NCBI GenBank assembly: GCA_950072105.1 | Contig: CATMOE010000002.1 | Span: 79,778 to 143,777 of the forward strand | DNA: 64,000 nucleotides | Direction of reading: 5' to 3' | Source of the DNA: an uncultured Dehalococcoidia bacterium | Lineage (GTDB): Bacteria; Chloroflexota; Dehalococcoidia; Lucifugimonadales; UBA3495 | In this document: positions 28,820-37,189 of the stretch, one piece after another | Numbering within the stretch: position 1 is the stretch's first letter | Layout: each line of letters opens with the position of its first letter | The notes under the pieces: generated by a model | The model's input: only the letters and a program-made list of their open reading frames with translations | The model's database searches: none | What the model was told of the DNA's origin: nothing | Position numbers and translations under genes: made by a program

Positions 28820-29793
28820 GGGAGCTCCCGAACTATCCCAGGAGACCAATCAGGATAGCTTTCATCCGCCGGGTTGTTAGTCAGGTTTGTCTGGTTGGAT
28901 CCATCGGGACTCATCACGTATATCTCCTCGTTACCGTCCCTCCCGGACGTGAAAGCGATCTGGCGGCCATCGGGAGACCAAGCAGGCCACGCATCTGAGC
29001 TATCGTTATCGGTGAGCCTGGTTTGGTTCAAGCCATCCGAGTTCATGACATATATCTCCCGGTTGCCGTCTCTCTCTGAAACAAAGGCCAGCCTCTTCCC
29101 ATCGGAAGACCAGGAGGGAAAGAAGTCGGATTCTGGATGGTTCGTGAGGTTGGTCACTTCCGACCCGGTTGCAGTCATGACGTAGACCTCGCTGTTGCCG
29201 TCCCTGGTTGACGTGAACGCGATCTTTGCGCCATCGGGTGACCAGGAAGGATGCACGTCGGTAGACGCCCCGAAATTAGTGAGGCTGACGGGGTTAGAGC
29301 CCGTGGCGTTCATCATGAATATCTCGAATAGCACGACTTGCCGGTGGAAAGCTATCTTTGACCCGTCAGGGGACCACTTGGGGAAAGCGTCGAATCCGGG
29401 GTTATTGGTGAGGCGGGTCTGATTGGATCCATCGGCGTCCATTACATAAACCTCCGACCCCTCCCGGCTGCCGTCCCGGTCAGACGTGAAAGCGATCCGT
29501 TTGGCGTCGGGAGACCATGCGGGCGCATCGTCCTCAGACGGGTCGTTGGTAAGTCTCGTTAGGCCGGAGCCATCGGCATTCATGGTGTAGATCTCATGGT
29601 TGCCGTCTCTATTGGACCGAAAAGCGAGAAGGGAAGGCCGTTCTGTCAGGTTGGTGTCTGCGGGGGCCAATGTCTGAGGAGTCGCCGGAGTATCTTCCGG
29701 GCCGCCACAGGCAATCATCAGCAACAATACGAACAGCGACGTAATCACAACTATGGGATGTACCGCTACTTTAGCCGCTAATTTTTGCAGCAC
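28816..29793 (-). CDS. TolB-like PD40-repeat lipoprotein
   Basis: Lipobox MIAC; six repeats of PxWSPDGxxIAFxSxRDGNxEIYVM. Confidence 0.92.
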   Translation of the reverse strand: MLQKLAAKVAVHPIVVITSLFVLLLMIACGGPEDTPATPQTLAPADTNLTERPSLLAFRSNRDGNHEIYTMNADGSGLTRLTNDPSEDDAPAWSPDAKRIAFTSDRDGSREGSEVYVMDADGSNQTRLTNNPGFDAFPKWSPDGSKIAFHRQVVLFEIFMMNATGSNPVSLTNFGASTDVHPSWSPDGAKIAFTSTRDGNSEVYVMTATGSEVTNLTNHPESDFFPSWSSDGKRLAFVSERDGNREIYVMNSDGLNQTRLTDNDSSDAWPAWSPDGRQIAFTSGRDGNEEIYVMSPDGSNQTNLTNNPADESYPDWSPGIVRELP

Positions 29794-30065
29794 TTGAAAA
29801 ACCTCACTTGGGACGTTCTTGCCTTTCCAGCTTCGTATAAGACGGAAAGGCCCTGGGAAAATTTCCTTTGCAGCGCATTTTAACTAGCCAATAGTTCGGC
29901 AGCATCCCCCGGATTGTGTATTCTGGTTCGACGATCCGGCCCATTAGGTTCCCGGCCTGAAGGCAACACTTCCCTTTGTGCGCCCGGACGTCTTAGGACC
30001 CATGACCAGGTGTGCCACTAGGAGTGCATTTTCGATAGATTGTCATGCCCGTCAGCCCAGAACTT

Positions 30066-30242
30066 CTAATTTCTGGTGAGCCGCAAAATAATCACAGGTT
30101 GTGATCCGAATGCTGGTGGAGAAATTTGCATGTCGACTACTTCCCACCCTTCCTTTTCTTTCTCCGCGATACGTTCGTTCAATTCGAACTCTTTCTTCTC
30201 CGGGGTTCCGACCAAACCACGAATCAATACCGTCGACTGCAT
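30066..30242 (-). CDS. Small hypothetical protein (58 aa)
   Basis: RBS GGAGG 8 nt before ATG; EKEGWEVVDMQI resembles small beta-alpha-beta proteins. Confidence 0.55.
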   Translation of the reverse strand: MQSTVLIRGLVGTPEKKEFELNERIAEKEKEGWEVVDMQISPPAFGSQPVIILRLTRN

Positions 30243-30536
30243 AAGTAGCACCTCCGTTTAAGTCCCAGTGTTGTACGCCACTATGGCCACTGTTATTGAT
30301 GTTGAATCAACCATACAGGGCAAGATCCTGGGCTGTAAACAGGCGTTAGGGGGATAGTGACATAGTCAAAAAGAACTATTTCGGTGTCCGCCAGACTGCC
30401 AGAGGACGAGGAGTTTCGGCCAACGGCGTGTTGCTTGAAGGGAAAGTCTTTCCTGCCGTATCCAACCACGAGTGGGAGGAGGGACCGAGTGGTGGTAAAG
30501 CAGGCAGGGGTTTAATGTTTAGTGGCGAAGCCGGAG

Positions 30537-30968
30537 CTAAGCTGCTTCCCTCAGAATGGGCTCCAATGTCTGAATCATGGCAGATAGCCTGAATGAGAGT
30601 TCCACCAGGAAGTCGTCGTCGAGGGTGTCTAGTTCCACGGTCGTGTGAACACGGGTCCACCCTCGGACCCATTCCTCGACCTCAATGTCGGCGCCCAACG
30701 ATTCCTTGATATCCTCTGACCGTTGGCTCATCAACTCAAGATACTCGAAGTTGGTGTCGGGGTCGGACTCGAAGTGAAGCCCTAGCTCTACCTCTTTCTT
30801 CTTTTTCTGGATATGGACCTCGTAGTGGACGGCAAGACGGTCGTAATACATCTTGGTGAGGCTGGTAGCCCGGTGGGCTATCTGGAAATCGGCGAACTCC
30901 GGTGGAAGTTGCTGCCTTAGTAGGTCTGGCAGAAGCTCCAGGAATTCTTTGGTCTTCATTGTCGTCAT
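30537..30968 (-). CDS. Hypothetical protein
   Basis: TAATG overlap with the upstream amidohydrolase; HYEV..ELGLHFE..EEW.RGWTRV. Confidence 0.7.
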   Translation of the reverse strand: MTTMKTKEFLELLPDLLRQQLPPEFADFQIAHRATSLTKMYYDRLAVHYEVHIQKKKKEVELGLHFESDPDTNFEYLELMSQRSEDIKESLGADIEVEEWVRGWTRVHTTVELDTLDDDFLVELSFRLSAMIQTLEPILREAA

Positions 30969-31768
30969 TACAGGCCTATGAACAGCCTGGCGTTTTCGCC
31001 CAAGATGCCTTCCTTCTGGGTGTCGGACAGGGGGAGACTCTCGATGTAGTCGGACTCTTCGGCTTGACTGACCAGCGGGTAATCGGTGCCGAAGCAAACT
31101 TTATGGGCGCCGTGTTTGTTGATGATGGCGGTTAGGGTGTCCGAGGCTATATCCCGCAGTGACGGCGGCCAGGTTGTGTCAACGAGCACGTTTCCCTGGC
31201 CGATGACTTCCCGCTCCGCCTCATCCAACATGTAGAGTCCGCCTAGGTGGAGAGCAATCACTTTTAGGCGAGGGAATTGGCGGACCACGTTCATGATCCG
31301 CTCCGGCGCCGCATAAAGCGTTTCGTCCGGCTGGGCGTTGGGGAACCGGCCCGAGTGTATCTCAAGGACCATGTCGTCACCCAGTTCTTCGTAGACGGGG
31401 AACATCTGCGGGTCGTCAGGATAAAAGCTGTTCATCATGGGGTGAAGTTTGATGCCCTTGATGCCGTTCTCGCGGAGGCGGCGCACCTCGCCGGCTTTGT
31501 CATCCATGGCCGGATGTAACGCGCCGAAGGGCACGAGCATGTCATCTTGGATAGAGATGAGCCAGTCATTGGCCCGCCGCACCTGGTTGGGGCGGTCCAC
31601 GATGCCCAGCACGATGGACTTGTCCACTCCTGAGGCCCGCATGTGGGCCTTGATACCGTCCACCGTGTTGGAGGAGACTGCCTCAAAGCCCAGGTCCTTG
31701 GTCATTGAGTCCAGCACAGCCTCGGCGATGCGGTCCGGCCAGACATGGGTGTGAACGTCTACCCGCAT
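30968..31768 (-). CDS. Amidohydrolase_2 family metallohydrolase
   Basis: DVHTH, GIKLHP, IHSG, LHLGG, FGTDYP. Confidence 0.92.
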   Translation of the reverse strand: MRVDVHTHVWPDRIAEAVLDSMTKDLGFEAVSSNTVDGIKAHMRASGVDKSIVLGIVDRPNQVRRANDWLISIQDDMLVPFGALHPAMDDKAGEVRRLRENGIKGIKLHPMMNSFYPDDPQMFPVYEELGDDMVLEIHSGRFPNAQPDETLYAAPERIMNVVRQFPRLKVIALHLGGLYMLDEAEREVIGQGNVLVDTTWPPSLRDIASDTLTAIINKHGAHKVCFGTDYPLVSQAEESDYIESLPLSDTQKEGILGENARLFIGL

Positions 31769-31791
31769 AAGTTTTGACTCACTAAATCCTT

Positions 31792-32000
31792 AAAATCCCC
31801 CCAACCCCCCTTTACGAAAGCGGGGTTGGGGGGGTACCCGCTCAGCCGTGTTACTGGCTTTTCGGCGACCCTTGATGGGGATACTTTAATTCAAAATTAT
31901 GGAACCGGCGACTGAAGACTCTCCGTTCGGCGGCATAGCTCAAACCGAGTCTTCCAACCCCCGATCTAGCCCCCTTTCGTAAAGGGGGTTGGGGGATTTC
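31792..32000. repeat. Two REP-like palindromes, family B (AATCCCCCCAACCCCCTTTACGAAAGGGGG), in inverted orientation
   Basis: Copies at 31792-31833 and 31968-32000; relatives at 35963-35995 and 44355-44388. Confidence 0.85.
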
Positions 32001-32001
32001 C

Positions 32002-33213
32002 CTACGCAGTCACCTCGGCCGCTTTTACTTTGCTGGGGGCGTGCTCCAGGTTGAAGAATTTTACGGTGTTGCCGGCCCACATCTTGAGCTTCTCGTCCTC
32101 TGGGACGTTGGCGTAGATCTCTTCAACGATGGGCTTGGTGTCCGGCCACTCACATTCGATGTGGGGGAAGTCGGTGGCGAACATGATGTGGTCCACACCG
32201 ATGTGGTGGCGCAATTCCACGGCCACCCGCTCGTATTGGACGCTGAACAGGATGTGTTCTCTAATGACTTCGCTAGGCAATCGTTTTAGCGGCTTGAAGC
32301 CCAACTGCTCCTCCGCCCATCCGATGTGGCGCTGGTACCACAGGTCCGCGTGCTCCAGCCAGAATGGCACCCAGCCCAGGCGCGTCTCAGCAAAGAACAC
32401 TTGCAGCGAAGGGAACCGGTCGAACACGCCGGAGAAGACCAGCTGCATGATCCCCACCGCCGGCCTCTGGCCGAAGTTGCATACCCATTCCAGTAGAGGC
32501 CGGCGGATCCTCCGCATGGTTTCCGGGTCTTCTATTGGGTACCTGAAGGTGGGCTCGTGCTCACGAGGTCCCGAGCGGTCGAAGGTCACGTGCACCGTCA
32601 CCGGCATGTTCATGTCCACCGCCGCCGCCCAGAACCGGTCGTCCTCGGGCAGGGGGTAGGACTTTCCGTTGGGGTGCGCGCCTAGAACAACCCCTTTCAA
32701 ACCCAACTTGGCGATGTGTTCCAGTTCTTCGATGGCGTCGTCCACGTTGGTCCACGGGATTATCCCCATGCCGATCAGGCGGTCCGGGTCCACCGGGCAA
32801 TACTCCTCGCCCAGCCAGTCGTTATAGGCCCGGATCATCGACTTGTAAACATCATCGTGGCTGATGTTGCGCCACAGGGACGGCCCGGCTACCTGGGCTG
32901 GGAACAACACCTCGCCGTCAAGACCGTCCTGGTCTTGCTCTTGTATCCGCTGCTCCGGCGAACCGATGCCCGCCGCGCCCTCTACCCTCAATCCGAAGGG
33001 CTGCCACTGGCCGGTGGCCCGTCCGGCGCGAAGGTCCAGGAAGTTCGCCTCTCTGAGGGGTTGTCCTTCGATCAGCAACGCGTCGCCGCCGTTGGGCAAA
33101 GTGATGCTGCGGGGAGCGCGGTCGCGGTATTTCTCAGGTACACGGTGTACCCACCGTTCCGGGGGTACTTCCAGGTGGCCGTCGCTGGACATCAGTCGGT
33201 AATCCCGAGCCAT
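32002..33213 (-). CDS. Amidohydrolase_2 family protein (start MARDYRL)
   Basis: SSDGHLEV, DGLDGEVLFP, RAYNDWL, GVFDRFPSL, FATDFPH; RBS GAGGAGG. Confidence 0.92.
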   Translation of the reverse strand: MARDYRLMSSDGHLEVPPERWVHRVPEKYRDRAPRSITLPNGGDALLIEGQPLREANFLDLRAGRATGQWQPFGLRVEGAAGIGSPEQRIQEQDQDGLDGEVLFPAQVAGPSLWRNISHDDVYKSMIRAYNDWLGEEYCPVDPDRLIGMGIIPWTNVDDAIEELEHIAKLGLKGVVLGAHPNGKSYPLPEDDRFWAAAVDMNMPVTVHVTFDRSGPREHEPTFRYPIEDPETMRRIRRPLLEWVCNFGQRPAVGIMQLVFSGVFDRFPSLQVFFAETRLGWVPFWLEHADLWYQRHIGWAEEQLGFKPLKRLPSEVIREHILFSVQYERVAVELRHHIGVDHIMFATDFPHIECEWPDTKPIVEEIYANVPEDEKLKMWAGNTVKFFNLEHAPSKVKAAEVTA

Positions 33214-33521
33214 GAGATCCTCCTCGTGCGATTCGATACGTCTATTCGAGTCTAGGGTTAAACTGTGGGCACATGCTAATACTTCTCGACTAAGGTGGCA
33301 ACTATTGTCCGCCAACGCCACCACAAGTTACGGATATCTCCGTCAGATTGCCCGAAAGACTTAAGCAACGTATAATCGCAGGGATTCTAAGCGCCGGTTC
33401 CGTCCTGCGGCGCGTGCCGAGAATGCGCGCCCGGAAAGCGTGGATAAATAGCGTCGAAAATGACAGTAGGACATCCGGTTAGGCAAAATTCCTAAGCTTG
33501 TTTCCCCAGAGGTGGTACTAA

Positions 33522-34124
33522 GTGCTACGGTCGCTATTCGGAAAAGGGAAGAAAAAAGGCGACGGCTCTCCCTCTTCGCAAGATGACAGTATCCGGGCGG
33601 CAAAGGTTGGGGACGTCGTTTCCATCTCCGGGCTGCGGCTGGAATACGACGATGTGTACTTTTTCATCGAGAAGATAAACCGCTACTCCAGTGAGACTGA
33701 GACTTGGTATGAGGCGCTGTGCGTGGATGGCGATAATCAAGTGTGGATCGATTGGACTGATGGTCACGATCTCACGGTAACAGCCACCGATGATCCTGAA
33801 CCGGTAGGTCTGGGGAGCATTGGGACTACGGAAGAAGAGTTGATTCAACTGGACGAAGAACACTCCATCGACAATTTCATCGAGGTTGAAGGGGACAAGT
33901 ACTATTACCGGAACAGTACCGAAGTGACGTTCTACCAGGACAATCGTGGCCAAGGCGAGGGATTTTATAATTGGGACTTGGTCCACGAGGATGGTGAACA
34001 CGTCTTATCCGTGTCCAAGTGGGAAGGGAAGCCTTTCGAGGCTACGTTCAGCGAGGTGATATCACCGGATAGGATCGTCTTATACAAAGGGGACCGCGGG
34101 GACGCTGGGAAAGGGAGGAAATAA
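33522..34124 (+). CDS. DUF4178-family protein
   Basis: KVGDVVSI..W.E..WIDW..IEVEGDKYYY..YNWD..LSVSKWEG pattern; translationally coupled to a DUF350 gene. Confidence 0.7.
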   Translation: MLRSLFGKGKKKGDGSPSSQDDSIRAAKVGDVVSISGLRLEYDDVYFFIEKINRYSSETETWYEALCVDGDNQVWIDWTDGHDLTVTATDDPEPVGLGSIGTTEEELIQLDEEHSIDNFIEVEGDKYYYRNSTEVTFYQDNRGQGEGFYNWDLVHEDGEHVLSVSKWEGKPFEATFSEVISPDRIVLYKGDRGDAGKGRK

Positions 34125-35026
34125 TGATTGAGAGCATTATCGACACGCTGCAGGCATTCCCACGGGGGCTAGTGTTCGTTGGGTTGGGGTTGGTGGTACT
34201 TCTACTGGCCAAACTGGCGCGAGACTTGATAACGCCATACAAGATCGATCAGGAAGTCGGCGAAAAACAGAATCTAGCGGTGTCTTTGCGGCTGACCGGA
34301 TACCTTGCCGGAGTGATTCTGGTTTTCCTGGGTGCGTTATATCAAAGTCCGACGCTGGTAGGCCCTGAAGGGCTGGGATTCGACCAAGCCTTTGGACAAG
34401 AGGTATTAAGGGTCTTCATTTACTCTCTAGCCGGGATAGTTGCGTTGAACCTGGTTCGGCTGGTGATGGACCGGGTGATACTGTACAAGTTCAAGCTAGA
34501 GGAAGAAGTGGTGCGGGGGCAAAACGTGGGCGCCGGGGCCGCTGAGTTGGGCATGTACGTGGCCACGGGACTGATGATTGCCGGTGCGATTTCCGGCGAT
34601 GCAGCCGGCACGGAGCTCAATGCGGCGTTGATCGCCCTGGCGTTCTTCGGGCTCGGATTGGCATTGCTGGTGGTATTCGCTCTGTTCTATCAGATCACCA
34701 CGCCCTACGATATACACTCGGAGATAGAGGGCAGCAATACTGCGGTGGGTGTCGCCTTCGGTGGCAACTTGGTCGCGATCGGCCTGGTGACCTTTAAAGC
34801 CCTTTTCGGGGATTTTACCGGGTGGGGCGAAAGTATCGCGGCGTTCCTCACATTCGGAATAATCGGGTTTGTTTTGCTATACGTGATGCGGTTTCTGATC
34901 GATCTGCTTCTACTGCCCAAATTCAACGTCTCCCAGGCTCTGGCGAATGGACGGAACGTGGGTGTCGCTGTCATTGAAAGCGGGGTGGTAATCAGCGCGG
35001 CATTGATCCTGTTTCTGGCGATCTGA
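34124..35026 (+). CDS. Tandem DUF350 (YjfL-like) membrane protein
   Basis: Repeated ITPYxIxxEI/V...NxAVG(V/L) units in a hydrophobic multi-TM protein. Confidence 0.85.
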   Translation: MIESIIDTLQAFPRGLVFVGLGLVVLLLAKLARDLITPYKIDQEVGEKQNLAVSLRLTGYLAGVILVFLGALYQSPTLVGPEGLGFDQAFGQEVLRVFIYSLAGIVALNLVRLVMDRVILYKFKLEEEVVRGQNVGAGAAELGMYVATGLMIAGAISGDAAGTELNAALIALAFFGLGLALLVVFALFYQITTPYDIHSEIEGSNTAVGVAFGGNLVAIGLVTFKALFGDFTGWGESIAAFLTFGIIGFVLLYVMRFLIDLLLLPKFNVSQALANGRNVGVAVIESGVVISAALILFLAI

Positions 35027-35038
35027 CCGTTAGCGGGG

Positions 35039-35105
35039 CCTTCGACAGGCTCAGGCCGAACGGAATGAAACACTCCCGCCGTTCGTGGTGAGCCTGTCGA
35101 ACCAC
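35039..35105. repeat. REP-like palindromic pair, family A
   Basis: CCTTCGACAGGCTCAGGCCGAACGG ... CCGTTCGTGGTGAGCCTGTCGAACCAC. Confidence 0.85.
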
Positions 35106-35121
35106 TGTTTTCAACTAGGTC

Positions 35122-35288
35122 TAGTGCTTCATCCAGGTAGAAATGCCGAATGTCGTTCCCACCCTTCCGCCGAAGGGCTGGTGTCGGAAGGACAAAGTGT
35201 GCGACCGAAAGTTGTCCATTCTATTTTCGGAGCAATGACAGGCTGTCGCAGCCAGCTAGTAGACCACAATTAGCTTGACCTAGCACTA
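35122..35288. mobile_element. Possible IS630-like miniature element or remnant
   Basis: Imperfect terminal inverted repeats TAGTGCTtcaTCcA / TAGTGCTaggTCaA starting with TA; the right TA coincides with the stop codon of the adjacent gene. Confidence 0.35.
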
Positions 35289-36386
35289 AGACTCGGCCCT
35301 TGCGCTCTGGATAATCTCTTCCCGGCTTGCTGATTCTCTGGCCTCTTCGTGCTTCTCCTCTAGATACACGAAACCAGCGCCTACGATACGCTCCAACAGC
35401 TGCTCTTCTACGTCTTGCCGGTTTACCACGGGTTCGAGAATTCCGGCAAAGAAACTTTCGTCGCTGATTAGTTCTTGCCAGGTTGACCCGAAGGCATCGA
35501 GGGTCCCGTCGTACAGGCGCAGCAGGAAAAGAGTCCTTATGGGGTCCAGCCCCTCGGCGATAAATACCAGCACACGCAGGTCAGCGCCGCGTCCTGTGTC
35601 GAATTCAACCATATCAGCGTCCTCTTCAGATGCGGTGTCTTTGAAGTGGTCGTACAGGTCGATGTAGGACTCGGTTTCGGCCAGCAGGCGGCCGATGAAC
35701 CTCCGGCCTTCTCGGGTGATGGCGAAAGTGTTGGTTTCTGGAGAGAGGGCTATCAGTTCTTGTGCCTGGAGCAAGTGGGCTATGGATAGCAAGGCATGAT
35801 CAACCACGCCGGGCGGAGATACCTGGAGGCGCAGTTCGTGTTTGTCCATGAAGTAGAGAAGGGTGTGGGTTTGCAGCCATTCCAGAAGTTCGGCTTTGGT
35901 GTCCCAGAAGCCTTGCCGTATCGCGTATTCCAGCGGCTGGTAGTGGCGGTGGATGTGCAGGTGAAATCCCCCAGCCCCCCCTTTCGTAAAGGGGATCTTT
36001 GCGTCCCCTGGTTGCAGATGATTTGTGATCGGGTCAGCCAGGTCTAGAGGCTGGTTGGCATCGTTTTGGAAGGATAGGGTGGAGCGACCGGTTCTCCACT
36101 CATCGAAAGCGTCCAGGATGGTTTCGTAGATGTCTGGTAGGTCTGGATTGGCGCGGACGTCCAACAGGGAGATCACTCGTTGCTGTTGGTCTTCGTCCTC
36201 GGGAAAGACCTGGTCCAAGAAATCGGACAGGGAAGTAGCCGCGGACGGGGACGGCAATTGGATGCGCAGGCCGTCCTCCGGGTCCATACCGTCCAGCGCC
36301 ACATGGAGTTCAAATGCGCCACCTGATTCTGGCGTGGGATGTTGTGGTGATTGGTCTGGGCCGGGAACTGCGCCGCCGTTGTTCAT
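35286..36386 (-). CDS. Hypothetical protein: unannotated N-terminal domain + winged-helix-like region
   Basis: LLQAQELI...FAITREGRRFI wing motif; ATGA overlap with the upstream lipoprotein gene. Confidence 0.7.
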   Translation of the reverse strand: MNNGGAVPGPDQSPQHPTPESGGAFELHVALDGMDPEDGLRIQLPSPSAATSLSDFLDQVFPEDEDQQQRVISLLDVRANPDLPDIYETILDAFDEWRTGRSTLSFQNDANQPLDLADPITNHLQPGDAKIPFTKGGAGGFHLHIHRHYQPLEYAIRQGFWDTKAELLEWLQTHTLLYFMDKHELRLQVSPPGVVDHALLSIAHLLQAQELIALSPETNTFAITREGRRFIGRLLAETESYIDLYDHFKDTASEEDADMVEFDTGRGADLRVLVFIAEGLDPIRTLFLLRLYDGTLDAFGSTWQELISDESFFAGILEPVVNRQDVEEQLLERIVGAGFVYLEEKHEEARESASREEIIQSARAES

Positions 36387-37189
36387 CCAGGCCGGTTCCC
36401 GGTGTTTATCCGCATGGCGCCGCCACCCCCTCTCGCCCCGGAGCGACCCGAAGAGCGGAAGGAAGACCTTGACGACCGGGTGCGGGACACCGCGCTGCTT
36501 TTCTTGAAGGCACCGCTGGTCTTCTGGGTCTGCTGATAGGTTTGGCGGTTGCTGCCGACGTTGTTTCTGGCTTGCTGATATCGAGACCCGGCGAATGACG
36601 CCTGTTTTCGGTTAAAATTGCTGTTTCTTTGCGCTTGCCGGCTATAGGCTGAGGACTGGCGGTATCTGGACCGCTGGTTCCTCATCGTGGATCCCCGGGA
36701 TATGGGAGTAGAGTAGTAATAGCCCCGGGGAGAGATGGCGGAGATCAGCATATAGGTGAACAGGAAATTTCCGGCGCCAAAGGAGCTACGGTAGTACCCG
36801 TTGCCGTTGTGGCCCCTCATGTTGTATTGATTTTCGTTGCCCTTGACGATGGAGAACAATCGATCGTCCTTGGCGTCGTCAATCTCATTGTTGCCGTCCA
36901 GGTCTTCCCATCCTTCCAGGGTCAACCCTTCACCGTCCTGGCTAGCCCGGATCAGAACCAGGCCGTCACCCTCGTAGATCTTGTTGACTTTTTCCTCGAA
37001 TTCCGTGGCGCTCTTGGAGTTTTTGAACGCCTCTTGAACGTCGTCCAGGTTGATCCGGCCCGCCGCTCCGTCGGTGGCTGCCCAGTTGTCGTAGGACGCT
37101 CCGGAGCCACATGCGGCGATCAGTGGCGATGCGGCTACGACGCCGCCCAAGGAAACCGCCGTCCACTTGCTGAAACGTTTGCCAGCCAT
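36383..37189 (-). CDS. Lipoprotein with a DxDxN Ca-binding-like loop and a Gln/Arg/Ser/Gly-rich tail (YjfM/DUF1190-like architecture)
   Basis: Lipobox LIAAC; EDLDGNNEID; hydrophobic FLFTYMLISA; tail SSRSSFRSSGRSGARGGGG. Confidence 0.75.
   Translation of the reverse strand: MAGKRFSKWTAVSLGGVVAASPLIAACGSGASYDNWAATDGAAGRINLDDVQEAFKNSKSATEFEEKVNKIYEGDGLVLIRASQDGEGLTLEGWEDLDGNNEIDDAKDDRLFSIVKGNENQYNMRGHNGNGYYRSSFGAGNFLFTYMLISAISPRGYYYSTPISRGSTMRNQRSRYRQSSAYSRQAQRNSNFNRKQASFAGSRYQQARNNVGSNRQTYQQTQKTSGAFKKSSAVSRTRSSRSSFRSSGRSGARGGGGAMRINTGNRPG

Noticed and set aside
29800..30536. Riboswitch or ncRNA in the intergenic stretches around the small ORF
   Set aside because: Only short hairpins; no consensus of a known RNA family recognised by eye.
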